A stretch of 64,000 nucleotides of DNA, from positions 47,148,742 to 47,212,741 of the forward strand of contig JARFYF010000094.1 of NCBI GenBank assembly GCA_030265395.1, in the 5' to 3' direction. Of this stretch, positions 36,634 through 49,733 are shown one piece after another (the first letter of the stretch is position 1; each line of letters begins with the position of its first letter). The notes below the pieces were generated by a model. It ran no database searches, had not been told where the DNA came from, and worked only from the letters and a program-made list of their open reading frames with translations. Both the position numbers and the translations under genes were made by a program. Source of the stretch: Rhina ancylostomus (lineage: Eukaryota).

Positions 36634-37179
36634 GTATTTTTTTTGGAATTGAAAATATTTAATGAATACAGAATTAACTAATAATCCCAGATAAGCACCA
36701 AAAGGGAAGGGAACCTGGGCAAGGGACAGGGATACATCAGGAGAGCAATGATCATGATCGCAGAAATGGACAGAGTTAAGTCAGTGGGAGAAGTTCTAAG
36801 ATGGGCTACTGTTGTGGTTTAGCACATGTAGACCAGAAACATCAACAGAGTCCGAGCAATGGGAAGCATTCAAGGAAGAGACATTTGACCTGAATTCTCA
36901 ATATGTCTGTAGTTTTAAAAATAAGAGGAACTCTGACCATTATTTTCCATTTCTGTTTGAAAATGGCTGTGTTTCTGGAGGACTGGAAGATGACTGTTAT
37001 GGTACTTGTTGAAAAAGTGAGGAAGGGATATACTGAATTTTTACGGGTCTGCCAGCCTAATCTACATTATGGATAACTATTGGAAAAAAATGTTTTCAAA
37101 GCAGTAAAATTCATGATTTAGAATAGTAAGTAGCATGTACCCACCAATAAGCTGCTCTCCAATGCTTGATTTGGATTAC

Positions 37180-37710
37180 ATCAGGTTCACTCAGCCCCAG
37201 ACTTCAACATAGCCTTTGTCCATACATCACCAAATAGCTGACTGCCGGAGATGAGATGAGAGTGACTGCCTTTGATGTCAAGGCAGCATGTGACTGAGAG
37301 TGATATCAAGGTCCTGTTAAAACTAATGTCAATCAGCATCAAGGGAGGAACACTCTTCCAATGGTTGGGGTCATACATCACACAAAAAAAGATGGTTGTG
37401 GCTGTTGGAGATCAATCACCCTATCATCAGTTCATTGATGTCACAGTTCTCCAAGCAGTGTCCTATCTGCAACCATGCTCAACTGCTTCATCACTGACAG
37501 TCATCAGTTGGGTCAGATACTCACTGATGACTACTGAATGTTCAATTCCATTCCCAACTCCTCAGAAACAGAACCAGTCTATGCTTGCATGCAGCAAGAC
37601 TTGGTTTGAAAAGTAACAAGTGGTATGCAAGCCATGCATGAGGCAAACAATAACCATCTCCGACAATCTACCCTTTGCATTCAATGCCATTCCCATCACT
37701 ACCTGCAACA
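37180..37710 (+). mobile_element. LINE RT fragment (same family as 11670-14098)
   Basis: DIKVLLKLMSISIKGGTLFQWLGSYITQKKMVVAVG. Confidence 0.7.
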
Positions 37711-37889
37711 TCTGAGATGAAGGGGAGGATTTCATTGCTTTATTGAATCAGCCATAATCCCTCTAAAATTCCTTAAGAGTACATCAAAATTACCAACCCC
37801 ATCAATCCTCCTTGTTACCTGCCCAAAAACTTCAAACGAGTGAGTCAGACATGGTTTTTCCCTTAACAAATCCAGGCCCACTGACCTTG

Positions 37890-38130
37890 TTTTTTGAATC
37901 ATTTTTCAGGATTGGATATTACTGGCAATGTCAGCGTTCATTTTCCATCCCTAATTGCCCTTGAACAAAGTTGCTTATTAGGCCATTCACAAGGACTTTT
38001 GAGAGTCATCCACATTGGTGGGTTAGGTCACACATAGATCAAACTAGGATGGTGGATTTTCTCCCCTGACATATACAAGTGTATGACAATATGGTAGTTC
38101 AGGTATCATTTTTACTAATGACTGGTTTGT
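37890..38130 (-). mobile_element. SacSINE1/Deu-like SINE fragment
   Basis: ccatccctaattgcccttgaac (reverse complement of the SINE tail) and gagagtcatccacattg. Confidence 0.55.
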
Positions 38131-38579
38131 GAGGTTCAGTGACAGCTCCTTTATTTTTGGTGCCATAGGTCAATGGTTTGGACATTTTTAATGGCCGTAG
38201 GTAAGAAGCTTGCAGAGGATACCAAACAGACTACATGGCAAATAGTGAGGAAGAAAGTTGTAGGTTATAGATTGGAAGAAAATATTAATGAACTCACAAG
38301 CAACTTCTGGTTACTCTTTTTTTTCTTTTACCAACTTCTTTCTCTTCTCATCTCCCTGTGGGGCTTTACATATTCCAGATTACAACTGGAGAGATGTCAC
38401 GAAAGAGAGAGTCTCTTTCTATAATTCTGATAAATCCTCCTCTTCTGTTTTTAGTTCCAAAATCCAATAAATTGCAATTGCATGTTTTGGATGCCTCTTT
38501 AAATAGAGGAGAAGTTGACTTTTGCAATCTGACCATGAGGCCCAGAAACAATGTGGTGCTAAAATGGCTAGATTACATG

Positions 38580-39690
38580 CAACATAGAACATAGAACAGT
38601 ATAGTACTGGACAGGCCATTTGGCCCGTAATGTTGTGCCAATCGATGCCAATTTATACTAAATGTCCACCTCCTGTGTATCATCCATATCCCTCCATTCC
38701 CTTCATATTCATGTATCTATCTAAAAGCCTCTTAAATTCCACCAAACTTCCTGCTTCCACTACTACCCCTTGTAACCTATTCCAGGCACCTATCACTCTC
38801 CATGTAAAAAAAAATTACCCCTAATGTCACCTTTAAACTTCACCCCCCACCCCTCCCCCCCCCAACCTTAAAAGCATGTCCTCTGCTGTTTGATATTTCT
38901 AACCTGGGAAAGAGATTCTGACTGTTTACCTTATCTATGCCATAATTTTTAAAAGATTTTAAAAATGTTTATCAGATCTCCCCTCAGCCCCCAACGCTCT
39001 AGGGAGAACAATCCAAGTTTGTCCAAACTTTCCTTATAGCTCATACCCTCTGATCCAGGCAGCATCCTGGTAAACCTCTTTTGCATCCTTTCCACAGTCT
39101 CCACATCCTTCTTATAATGGGGTGACTGGAACTGCACACAATACTCCCAGTGTGGTCTGACTAAAGTTTTATATAGTTGCTACATGACTTCCTTACTCTT
39201 ATACTCAACACCCCTACCAATGAAGGGAAGCATGCAATACGCCTTCTTTACCAGCTTATCCACTTGTGTAGCCACTTTCAGTGAACTACAGATCTGGACC
39301 CCAAGATGCTATTAAGGGGCCAACCATTAACTGTATACTTTCTCCTTTCATTTGACCTCCTAAAGTGCAGCACCTCACACTTGCTGGGACTAAACTCCAT
39401 CTGCCACTTCTCTGCCCCTACCTGTAACTGATCTATATGCCGCTGTATTCTTTGATAGTCCTTTACACTGTCCATAACTCTCCCAATCTTGGTGTCATTC
39501 ACAAACATTCCAATCTACATTTTCATCCAAATCACTAACATATAGCACAAACAACAGAGGTCCCAGCACCAATCCTTGCGGAACACCTCTGATTATGGCC
39601 GTCCAGCTAGAATAAGCCTTCCACCCCTACTCTCTATCTTCTATGGGCAGGCCAGTTCTGAATCCAAATGTGCAATTCACCCTGGATCCC
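38580..39690 (-). mobile_element. CR1 LINE 3' 1.1 kb
   Basis: (aacatag)n tail at 38581; PHYKKDVETVERMQKRFTRMLPG; FVNDTKIG; GVPQGLVLGP. Confidence 0.9.
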
Positions 39691-39979
39691 ATAAAAAGTA
39701 AATAAAGGCAGTAATGGGGTAAGGCTGAGTTCCATGTGGTGAGACAGAGGCTGTCCACAGCAAACTGGGCAAATCTACAGGTAGACCAAGCCACAACAGA
39801 ACAGTAGGAGGTGTTCAAAAACCTACTTGAACGTTAGAAAACCAATGCAAGGTCACTGATAGGCAAGATCTCTGGTCACCATAAAAACAGCCCCATGAAT
39901 GACAAAGAGGAAGGGACAGCATTGATATGTTTTATAACAATAGCTCTTCTCCATTGGATAAAGTTTAGCAAATATGTCA

Positions 39980-40295
39980 AAGTCATGCAGCACAGTGAAA
40001 GGCCTTTCAGCTCACTGACACCACACTGAGCATCAAGCACCCAATTACACTGATCCTACACCTATTTTATTCTTCCCACATTCACATCAACTAAACCCCA
40101 CCCCCTTCCCCATTCTCTAACCCACCCACATATTTAGGGCAAATCACAGTAGCCAATTAACCTACCCACCCGCACATGTTTGGGATGTGGGAGCAAACTG
40201 GAGCACCAAGGATAACCCTACGCAATGACAGGAAGAATATGCAAATTCTTCACAGGCAATAGCTGAGGTCAATTGAACCTTGGTGTTAGCTGCAC
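39980..40295 (-). mobile_element. tRNA-derived SINE
   Basis: ttgggatgtgggagcaaactggagcacc...aattgaacc (reverse complement of V core and B box). Confidence 0.7.
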
Positions 40296-40299
40296 CACG

Positions 40300-41290
40300 T
40301 AAAAACAAAAAGTAAAAGCATACAGGAGGGTAACATCTAGAGCAAGATATAAAGAAATGCCAAAGAAATATTATTACCAATGAAAAGGAAGGATGAGAAA
40401 AAACATAAGGGATATCAAACTCAATGCAACATTTTCTTACAGTATTATTAAGAAAATGAGGATGGAAAGTAGCAATATGAAACCCTTAATGAATATTGGT
40501 GATACTGTAACGGAAGTAAGAAAATGACAGGCATGTGAATTATTACGTTGCATCAATGTTTACACTAGAGAGAACAGAAAGCATCCCGGAGTAAACCTAA
40601 TATTGAATTAGGAAGAGAGAAGCTCCAAATCAATACAAGCAAAATAACAGTAATGAAGAAAATAATTGTACTAAAAAGCGACATATTCAATGGACCAGAT
40701 TGTTTCCATTTTAGGATTTTAAAGGAAGTAGGCAAAAAAAATGATAGATGTTCTAATTATAATTTTCCAAAGGCCTCTCAAATCAGAAACTTGTCTCAAC
40801 AGAAAATGTTGTAAGTCGCTTTATTAGGTAAGAAAGGTGAAAGAGGGAATCATGAATAATGGAGCAGTTTTCCTAGCACTTATTTGGTAAAGAAATTACT
40901 AGAATCTTTATTTAAAGACAGAGTAACTGAACACCTTTAATCAGTTGATCAGAGTGAGCCACCATGGATATGCAAGGGGTAATCACATAACATCCTTGCC
41001 TAATGCCTACTGAATGTGGTTGAAGTTTTTGAGGATAACTAAACATGTGGACATGGAGGTATCAATGGATGCCATTTATATGAAATTCCAGAAGGCTTTG
41101 GATAAAATATTTCATAAGGGACTGTTACCCACAGTTAAAAGTTAAGGAATTGAAATTAAGTTATTGGCCACGATAGGTATCAGCCAAGCAGCAGGAGCCA
41201 GAGAGTAAAGATGCACATGTACCAATCGGCAGGGTGTTGTCAGAGCGAATTCACCATATTTATATGTGACTTAGATGCCTGATGATGCAA
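40300..41290 (+). mobile_element. Decayed CR1 ORF2 fragment
   Basis: tggaccagattgtttccat (GPD), gatgccatttatatgaaattccagaaggctttggataaa (DAIYMKFQKALDK). Confidence 0.7.
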
Positions 41291-41307
41291 TGAGAGGCAG
41301 CATTAGA

Positions 41308-42210
41308 GTCATAGAATCATACAGCACAAAAACAGGCCCTTTTGGCCCACCATGTCTATACCAACCAGCAGGTACCCATATACTAATCCCATTTACCAGC
41401 ACTTCATCTGTGGAATCTAATGATTCAAATGATCGTTCAGATACCTCTTACATGTTTTGGGAGCACCTGCCTCACCACCTTCTCAGAAGCACAGGGTGAA
41501 AAAATTTCTCCTCATATCCTCTCCAAACCTCTTACTCCTCACCTTAACCCTATGACCTCCGGTGACACATCTCCAGTGGGACAAATTTCTTACTTTCTAC
41601 CCTATCTTTGCATCTCATAATTTTGTACACCTCTATCAGATCTCTCCTCAGCCTCTTCTGTTCCAGGGAAAACAAACCCAGCCTTATCAAGTCTATTCTC
41701 TTAACTGAAAGATTCCATCACAGACAACATCCTAGTGAATGTCCTTTGCACCCTCTCCAATGCAATCACATCCTTTCTGTGGGATGGTAACCAGAAATGC
41801 ACATATTATTCCAACTGTGGCCTAACCAATGTTTTATAAAGTTGTACCAAGACCTCCCTGCACTTACATTCTATGCTAGTCTGGCTAATTCCTGGCTGTA
41901 CCTAACTAATGAAGGCAAGCATTCCTTATGCCTTCTTCACCACATTATCGACCTATGCTGCCACCTTCAGGGATCTCGTACTTGTACACCAAGGTCTCAG
42001 TAATCCTTCGGGCCCTGCCATTCACGGTTTATGTTCTACCCTTGTCAGACATCCCAAAATATATGAGTTCACACTTATCAGGATTAAATTCCATTTACAA
42101 TTGTACTGACCAATTTACCAGCTGATCGATCTCATTCTGTAGCTCACTGCCATCAACATCACCAATTTTCATGTCATCTGCAAACTTACTAAACATACCT
42201 CCTGCATTTA
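41308..42210 (-). mobile_element. CR1 LINE 3' fragment
   Basis: Tail gtcatagaatcatacagcac; reverse complement SKFADDMKIG at about 42190. Confidence 0.85.
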
Positions 42211-42689
42211 TGTCTGTCCTTAGAGTATTAGCAGTATAGATGGAAGAATTAAGAGACATATTAATAAGTTAAGCATGAGGACTTATACTTTAAGAACCTA
42301 AGTAGGAGCATCATTGAGCCTGTTCCACCATTCATTAAGATTATTGACTTCAGTCCCATTTTGCTGCCTGTTCCCTGTAATCCTTGATTTCCAGTCCAAA
42401 ATTCTATTTATTTATCTCAGACCTGGATATATTTAATGACTCAGCACTCATAGCTCTCGAGTAGAGAATTCCAAAGATTCTCAACACTCTTGGAGAAGAA
42501 ATTCTTCTTTCTCTCAGTCAAATGGATGCCTATCCCCAATCCTGATATTGTATGTCAACTTTCATCTACCAGAGGAAACGTTCTCACAACATTATTCCCG
42601 CTGTGCCCGAACCAATGTTTTATAAAGTCATGCCAAGACCTCCCTACACTTATATTCTACGCCCTGGCTAGTGAAAGAAAGCCACACGG

Positions 42690-42910
42690 GGGTAGTGAAT
42701 ATTTGAAATGAGTCGCCAGAGGAGGTAGTGAAGGCAGATGTTATCATAATGTTTAAAAGGCACTTGGACAGGTACTTGGATAGGAAAACAGTAGAGGATA
42801 TGGGCCTAATGTGGGCAAATGGGATTAGCATAGATAGGCACCACAGTGGGCATGGATCAGGGGGTTGAAAGGGCTCGCTTCAATGCTGTATGTTTTTATG
42901 TGTCTATGAT
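42690..42910 (+). mobile_element. CR1 3' end fragment
   Basis: gccagaggaggtagtgaaggcag...tttaaaaggcacttggacaggtac...gctgtatgtttttatg. Confidence 0.75.
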
Positions 42911-43789
42911 CTTCCATATCAAACACTCTTAGAACCATAGATGTTTGAATAAGATCACCTCTCATTCTTCAGGATAGAACAGAGTACTTGTTAAATGGTG
43001 AAAATGTAGAAGCAGGGAGATTTAGCTTCAGCTTTATAAATGTCTGACCTAACCATGCTTGGAGTGGAAGTTTGGATCCCTCTGCTGCAAATGGCAGTTC
43101 ATGCTATGTTCGTTGTTCAATTTCAGATTGGTACATTTTTGTCAAAGACATTCACGGAGATGGAGAAAAGTATGGTTCATGGGGTGAGGTCACAGGACAG
43201 TAATTATCTCATCAAATGGTAGGACAGGCTCAAGGAACTAAAATATGAACAGAGGATGTAGGAAACAATCAGCAGGTCAGGCAGCGTCTGTGGATTGTTT
43301 AATGTTTTCAGTGTTTTAGGTCCTAGACCATTGTCCATAATGAGGAGAGACAGGTCATTTCCCCCACACTGCCAAACACCCACAGCTTTCATCACATTTT
43401 ACCAAAGTGCTTGGAATGGTTACACTCATCTTTGGTGGATTGCTGTCTTCCTGGTATCCATTGGAAAGTAAAACCATCAGCGCTTCAATAATCAGTGGAG
43501 TGTCAGAAGTGAGCGGTGCATTTTATAATCTGAAATAAAATGCTGCCAATCATTCCTCCTGGCAGTATAAAAATGCCCAACATTGGCACTAGTTATTGCA
43601 CTGAGTAAATCAAAGGTTCTCATTTGCTGGTTCCATTTGCTATACAGTGGTCAACTTACTGTCAAAATATCTTTGATGATGAAACATTGCATGTTTGAGA
43701 ATGCATCTGGAGAATATTTACAGTCAGCAAGGAATATTTTTGTGATATTATTTAATAGGTCATATATCAGAGAGGTGATGTCAGTGTTA

Positions 43790-44450
43790 TTACAAACCAA
43801 AATATTGCAGAAGCTAGAAATCCAAAATAAAACAGAAAGTGCTGGAAATCAGACAGCATTCATGGAGAAAGAGAGGGAGGTAATGTTTTGTATTGAACTT
43901 CCATTGGAACTGGAAAAATTTGGAGATGAAACAAGTTTTAAGGTACAAAGAAAAGGGGGAGTGAAGAGAATCTAAAAGGTGAGATCTACAGAAGGCAGGA
44001 GGAATTGAATGACACAAGTTGTGGTGGAGCCAGCTGAAAGAATGTGGCAGAAGGAATCAGTAAATAACAAACAGCAGCTAGCGCTGAATTTTGCAATTTC
44101 AGATAATTGGTAACTCCAGTGTTAATATTTTACATTCCCATCATACTCAGCTTTTTTCAGGTTATTTCAGACTTTATTTATCTCCTCTTCCTTGCACCTC
44201 CTCAAACCTTTTCTCATTCACTTGATTTAACATCCCTTTTCACTTGACTTTATCACCCCTTCTTAAACTCAGTCTCTCCTGCCTTCCACCCTGTCGCAGA
44301 GCTTCCTCTGTGTTCGCTCCTCACTTCCTCCTTCCTCTGCATTTTAAAATTTTTCCCAGCTCTGTAGAAAGGCCATTGAGACATTAAGTTTCTTTCCACT
44401 GTCGATGTCCAACCAACTGATTATTTCCAGCAGTTTGTGTTTTATTCACT
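43790..44450. mobile_element. Penelope-like derived element with inverted termini
   Basis: Left end gcagaagctagaaatccaaaataaaacagaaagtgctggaaat; right end ttatttccagcagtttgtgttttt is its inverse; purine-rich and pyrimidine-rich inner arms. Confidence 0.5.
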
Positions 44451-44819
44451 ATTATTACACTGTCTTGCAACAACATCTGCTCATGACAGACTAAAGTAAA
44501 AGCTGAACACTACCCTCTTTTTATTTTTGTCCGGTGGGTCATTTGAACAGTATTTTTGCAATTGGTTGAGGGAGAATACAACCTCTGGTTCTGTTGGGTT
44601 GTTGTACCAAGTCGCAACGTTGCAATCAAATTTTGTTAGAATAGCAACCTGCAACCTCAAAATCTGTCTGTTCTGTTGTCATGACATTGTTAACAGACTC
44701 CCTGAACTGTTCCAAGCAANNNNNNNNNNNNNNNNNNNNNNNNNNNNNNNNNNNNNNNNNNNNNNNNNNNNNNNNNNNNNNNNNNNNNNNNNNNNNNNNN
44801 NNNNNNNNNNNNNNNNNNN

Positions 44820-47800
44820 CCCGCTGTATTCTTTGATAGTCCTTTGAACTGTCCACAACTCCACCAACCTTGGTGTCATCTGCAAACTTGCTCATTCACC
44901 CATCTACATTTTCATCCAAATCATTGATTTATTTCACAAACAGAGGTCTTAGCACCTAATCCTTGTGGAACACCACTGGTCACAGACCTCCAGCGAGAAT
45001 AACAGTCTTCTACCCCTACACTTTGTTTTCTATAGGCAAGCCAGTTCTGAATCCAAGCTTGCAATTCATTCTGGATCCCATGCATTTTTATCTTCTGAAT
45101 TAACCTACCATGAGGGTCCTTAACAAATGCCTTACTAAAGTCCATGCAGATAACATCCACTGCCTTACCCTCATCAAGCTCCTTTGTCACTTCCTCAAAA
45201 AAACTCAATCAGGTTTGTAAAGCATGACCTGCCCCACATAAAGCCATGCTGACTGTCCCTAAGCAGGCCATGCCTTTCCAAAAGCACATAAATCCTATCC
45301 CCCAGTATTGGTATTGGTTTATTATTGTCACTTGTACTGAGGTACAGTGAAAAACTTGACTTGCATACCAATCATACAGGTCAATTCATTACACTGCAGT
45401 TACATTGAGTTAGTACAGAGTGAATTGAATGTAGTACAAGTAAAAATAATAACAGTACAGAGTAAAGTGTCACAGCTACAGAGAAAGTGCAGTGCAATAA
45501 GGTGCAAGAGTGCAATAAGGTGCAAGGTCACCATAAGGTGGATCATGAGGTCAGAGTCCATCTCATTGTATAAGGGAACTGTTCAATAAACTTATTACAG
45601 TGAGGTAGAAGCTGTCCTTAAGTCTGGTGGTATGTGCGCTCAGGCTCCTGTATCTTCTACCTGATGGAAAAGGAGTGAAGAGGGAATGAGCCAAGTGGGT
45701 GGAGTCTTTGATTATGCTGGCTGCTTTACCAAGGCAGCGAGTGGTAAAGATAGAGTCCAAGGATGGGAGGCTGGTTTCTGTGATGCACGAGGATGTGTCC
45801 ACAACTCTCTGCAGTTTCTTGTGGTCCTGGGCAGAGCAGTTGCCGTACTAAGCTGTGATGCATCCAAATAGGATGCTTTCTATGGTGCATTGATAAAAGT
45901 TGGTGAGTGTCAAAGGGGACCATACCACTGATGTGAAGCTCACTGGCCTATAATTATCTGGATTAATCCTATTCCCTGTCTTGAACAAAGGCACAACATT
46001 TGTTACTCTCTAGTCTTGTGGGACCTCACCTGTTGCTAGTGAGGACACAAAGATCTTTGTCAAAACCCCAGCAATCTCCTCATTTGCTTCTTTCAATATT
46101 ATGGGATATATGCCATCGGGCCCTGGGGAATTAACCACTTGAATGCTTTTCAGAATACCCAGCACTACCTCCTCCTCAATTTCAATATGTCCCAGCACAT
46201 TAGTACGCCCTGTTCTGCTCTCATTATCCTCCAAATCCTTCTCTTCGGTAAATCCCAGCATAAATTACTTATTTAGTACCTCAGCTACTTGCTCTGACTC
46301 CAAGCACAAATTCCCTCCTTTATCCCTTAGTGGACCTACCCTCACCTTAGTTATCCTCTTTAAAATGCCTTGGGATTCTCCTTGATCCTACTTGCCTTGG
46401 ACATTTCATGGTGTCTTTTGGTCTTCCTAGTTGCCTGCTAGAGCACTTTCTTGCCACAGGGGCCCAGTCTGATTTTGGCTTCCTAAACCTTGTGTGGGCT
46501 TCCTTTTCCTAAATGTAGGACCTCTCAGATCAACCAAGGTTCCCTTACCTTTGCATCCTTGTCCTTACTTCTTACCAGAACATGCCGATCCTGATCTCTG
46601 ATCAGCTGGTCTTCAAACAACTCCTACGTGTTAGATGTGAACTTGTCCGACAGCAGCTCTCCCAATCAACATCCCTTAACTCTTATCTTATCCTGTCATA
46701 GTTTGCCCTGCCCAAATTAACTACCTTCCTGCAAGATCCAACTTTATCCTCACTCATAACTATTATAAAACAGAATGAGTTGTAGTCACTATTCCCAAAA
46801 TGTTTACCCATTCTGTCACTTGGTCTGGCTCATTTCCCAAAACCAGGTCCAGTATGTTTTATCCTCCACTGGACTCTCCACATATTGCTTCAAGAACCCT
46901 TCTTGGATGCACTGAAGAAATCTCTCCCCATCTGAACCTCTTGTATTAAGGAAGTTCCAATCAATATTGGGGAAGTTAAAGTCTCCTACCATGACAACCC
47001 TGTTGTTTCTGCACCTTTCCATAATCTGTTTACATATCTGTTCCTCCACCTCCCGATGGCTATTGGAAGGCGTATAGTATAATCCCATCAGTGTAATTGT
47101 TCCTTTCTTATTTCTGTGCTCCACCCAAATTACCTCTGTAGATGAGCCCTCCAAGTGTGTCCTCTCTGAGTACTGCTGTGATATTCTGCATTATCAGTCG
47201 TGCAACCCCTCCAATTCTNNNNNNNNNNNNNNNNNNNNNNNNNNNNNNNNNNNNNNNNNNNNNNNNNNNNNNNNNNNNNNNNNNNNNNAACTAGGTCTCT
47301 GTAATGGCAACAACATCATAATTCCATCTACTGATCCAAGCTCTAAGTTCACCCTCCTTACCCATAATACTCCTAGCATTGGAATAAACACATATCAGCC
47401 CATCAGTCCCACCATGTTTATTAGCCTGTCCCTTGCTGTCCTTCCTGTCTAACTTGTCATACCATCTTTCTTGCCTTTAACCCTACCACCTGTTGTCCTG
47501 CTGCTGTGGTTCCCATCCCACTGCCACTCTAGTCTAAACCTCCCGAGTAGCACTAGAAAACCTCCCAGTGAGGATATTGGTTCCCCTCCTGTTCAGATGC
47601 AAACCGTCTTGTTTGTACAGGTTCTACCTGCCCTGGAAGAGAGCTCAATGATCCATAAATCTGAAGCCCTCCCTCCTGCACCAGCTCCTTAGCCATGTAT
47701 TGAACTGCACTATGCATCTATTTCTCAACCCACTAGCACATGGCACAGGTTATAATCCTGAGATTACAACCCTGGAAGTCCTGCTTTTTAAGTTTCTAAC

Positions 47801-48500
47801 TAGCTCCCTAAAATCCCTTGTAGGACCTCATCTCTGCTCCTGCCTATGTCATTGGTACCTATATAGACCATGACCTCTGGCTGCTCATCCTTCCCTCTCG
47901 AAATGTCCTGTATCTGCTGTGAGACATCCTTGACCCTGGCACAGGGAGGCAACACACCATCCTGGAGTCTCAATTGTGGCCAAAGTAATGCCAGTCTGAG
48001 CCCCTATCACTCTGCATGACTTCACCCTTCCCATCTTTGCCTCAGAGCCAGGCATGGTGCCACTAACTTGGCTACTGCTGCTGACCTCTGAAAGGTCATT
48101 CCCCCCCCCCATCTCCCCCACCTCCCAACGGTATCCACAGGGGTATATTTGTTAGTGGGGGGAATGGCCAGAGGGGAACCCTGCACTGTCTGTCTACTCC
48201 CCTTACTTTTCCTGGTGGTCACCCACCTATCTGTAGCTGCACCTTGGGTGTGACTACCTCACTAAAACCCTCATCTGTGATATCCTCAGCCCCCTGGATG
48301 ATCCTGAGTGTATCCAACTGCACTTCCATTTCCTTGACCTGGTCTGTCAGGTGCTGCAGCTGGGGTGCACTTCCCATAAATGTAATTGTCAGGGAGAAAA
48401 ATATCATTTAAAAATGCCTGGCCTCTTCACGTAGTCAGGTTTCTGATGTCCCACATCTTGCAGGAGGAGCATTCCACTGCCCTGACTGCCATTTTATCTA
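44820..48500 (-). mobile_element. Near full-length decayed CR1 LINE (ORF1 zinc finger/esterase plus ORF2 EN-RT), 3' end lost at gap
   Basis: ORF1 start MAVRAVECSSCKMWD at about 48492; EN motifs VMVGDFNFPNIDW (46816-47154); NSPGPDGIYP (46010-46261); RT DVICMDFSKAF, SGVPQG, SKFADDTKVGG (44820-45210). Confidence 0.9.
45304..45925 (-). mobile_element. Rex1/Babar-clade 3' fragment nested in the CR1
   Basis: PSGRRYRSLSAHTTRLKDSFY; tail (gtattg)2gtttattattgtcac; CR1 RT sequence resumes on both sides. Confidence 0.8.
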
Positions 48501-49524
48501 AACTGTCAAAGGTCATGGATTAACATGAAAATAAAAACCATACCCGTTCTTACTTGCTACTCGCCTGTGCTTCCTCACCAAAGCCTCAGCAACCCACTCT
48601 CATACTGGCCTACTGTCACAATGGCTGCTCCAAGATTAGAAAGGCATGGATCTTTGTGTTGTACAAATTTGCTGATTTTTCCAACATCACTAGTCATTTC
48701 CAAACCTCAAGCATGTCATCCCAATAGATCTGCAAAAATTGTATTCATGTTGAAAAGTAATAGTCACTGGATGTTTGCTATTTGACTTTCTAGGAAACAT
48801 AGCATGCTGGGGACTTGTGTGTACAATGGAGTAAAGCTCTTACTTCATTAGTTGATGATGTAAACAATGGAATATTGTGAGAGTGAATGAAGTCTTTTTA
48901 ATAGCAGTCCCTGAATTTTTGCTGTTCCATAGCTGTCATAGCATTAAAAGCTCATTGCCTATGTTTACAGATGATACAAACATTTGTGGAACATAGGAGG
49001 CAGAAGGAGATAAATATCATTTAAAAATGCCTGGCCTCATCATGTTTTGATCATAAATCAAAATTTGAAATAAAGATTATTGTGCATTGAGAGGTGTATA
49101 GTTAAAAAAAATCTCAGAATGGAGTTAGCTTCAAATATTTAGTTGGGAAATGCATATACTTAACTAATAGAAAATTATTTTTTGGAAACATTGTAATATT
49201 TATTTATTTAAATGCAGCTGTTATAGTTTCCCATTGATAATTACTTTTAAGTATAGCTTCATACCTTGATGGTCTAGAAGTTAAATTTAGCTGGAAGATT
49301 AGATAGAACTTAAATAGTTATGGTGCTTGTGCAACCTTCTCAAGAAGGAAACACATTACAAAAGAAAAGAAAAAAATGTAAATATTTAATGCACAAGTAT
49401 TGGCAAGCCACTTCTACCCTTGAATGATAGTTTGGGGTGGATTTAAGTACCACACCAAAAATAAATTATTAAAAATGATTGACATAAAACTTAATTCCAA
49501 CTCTTATCATTTTTATTTTCATAG

Positions 49525-49733
49525 ATCAAGGAGGAGTCATTTTTAGAAGATGTCAACAATATCTTGAACTCAGGAGATGTTCCAAATTTATACAACTTTG
49601 ATGAGCAGGAGGTAATCTTCACTGCAATGAAACCAGTTGTATTGGACCTTGGGCAGCAACCAACTAAAGCCAACATGATGGCTACATACACAAAGCGAGT
49701 ACGCAATAATATTCATACCGTACTGTGTATGAG
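49525..49733 (+). CDS. DNAH1: DNAH1 exon 13 of window
   Basis: catag|ATC...ATGAG|gtaagt; IKEESFLEDVNNILNSGDVPNLY...QPTKANMMATYTKRVRNNIHTVLCM; 209 nt, phase 0/2. Confidence 0.96.

Noticed and set aside
43583-43975. 130-aa ORF
   Set aside because: Runs into a Penelope-like repeat; no domain and no splice support; consistent with chance.
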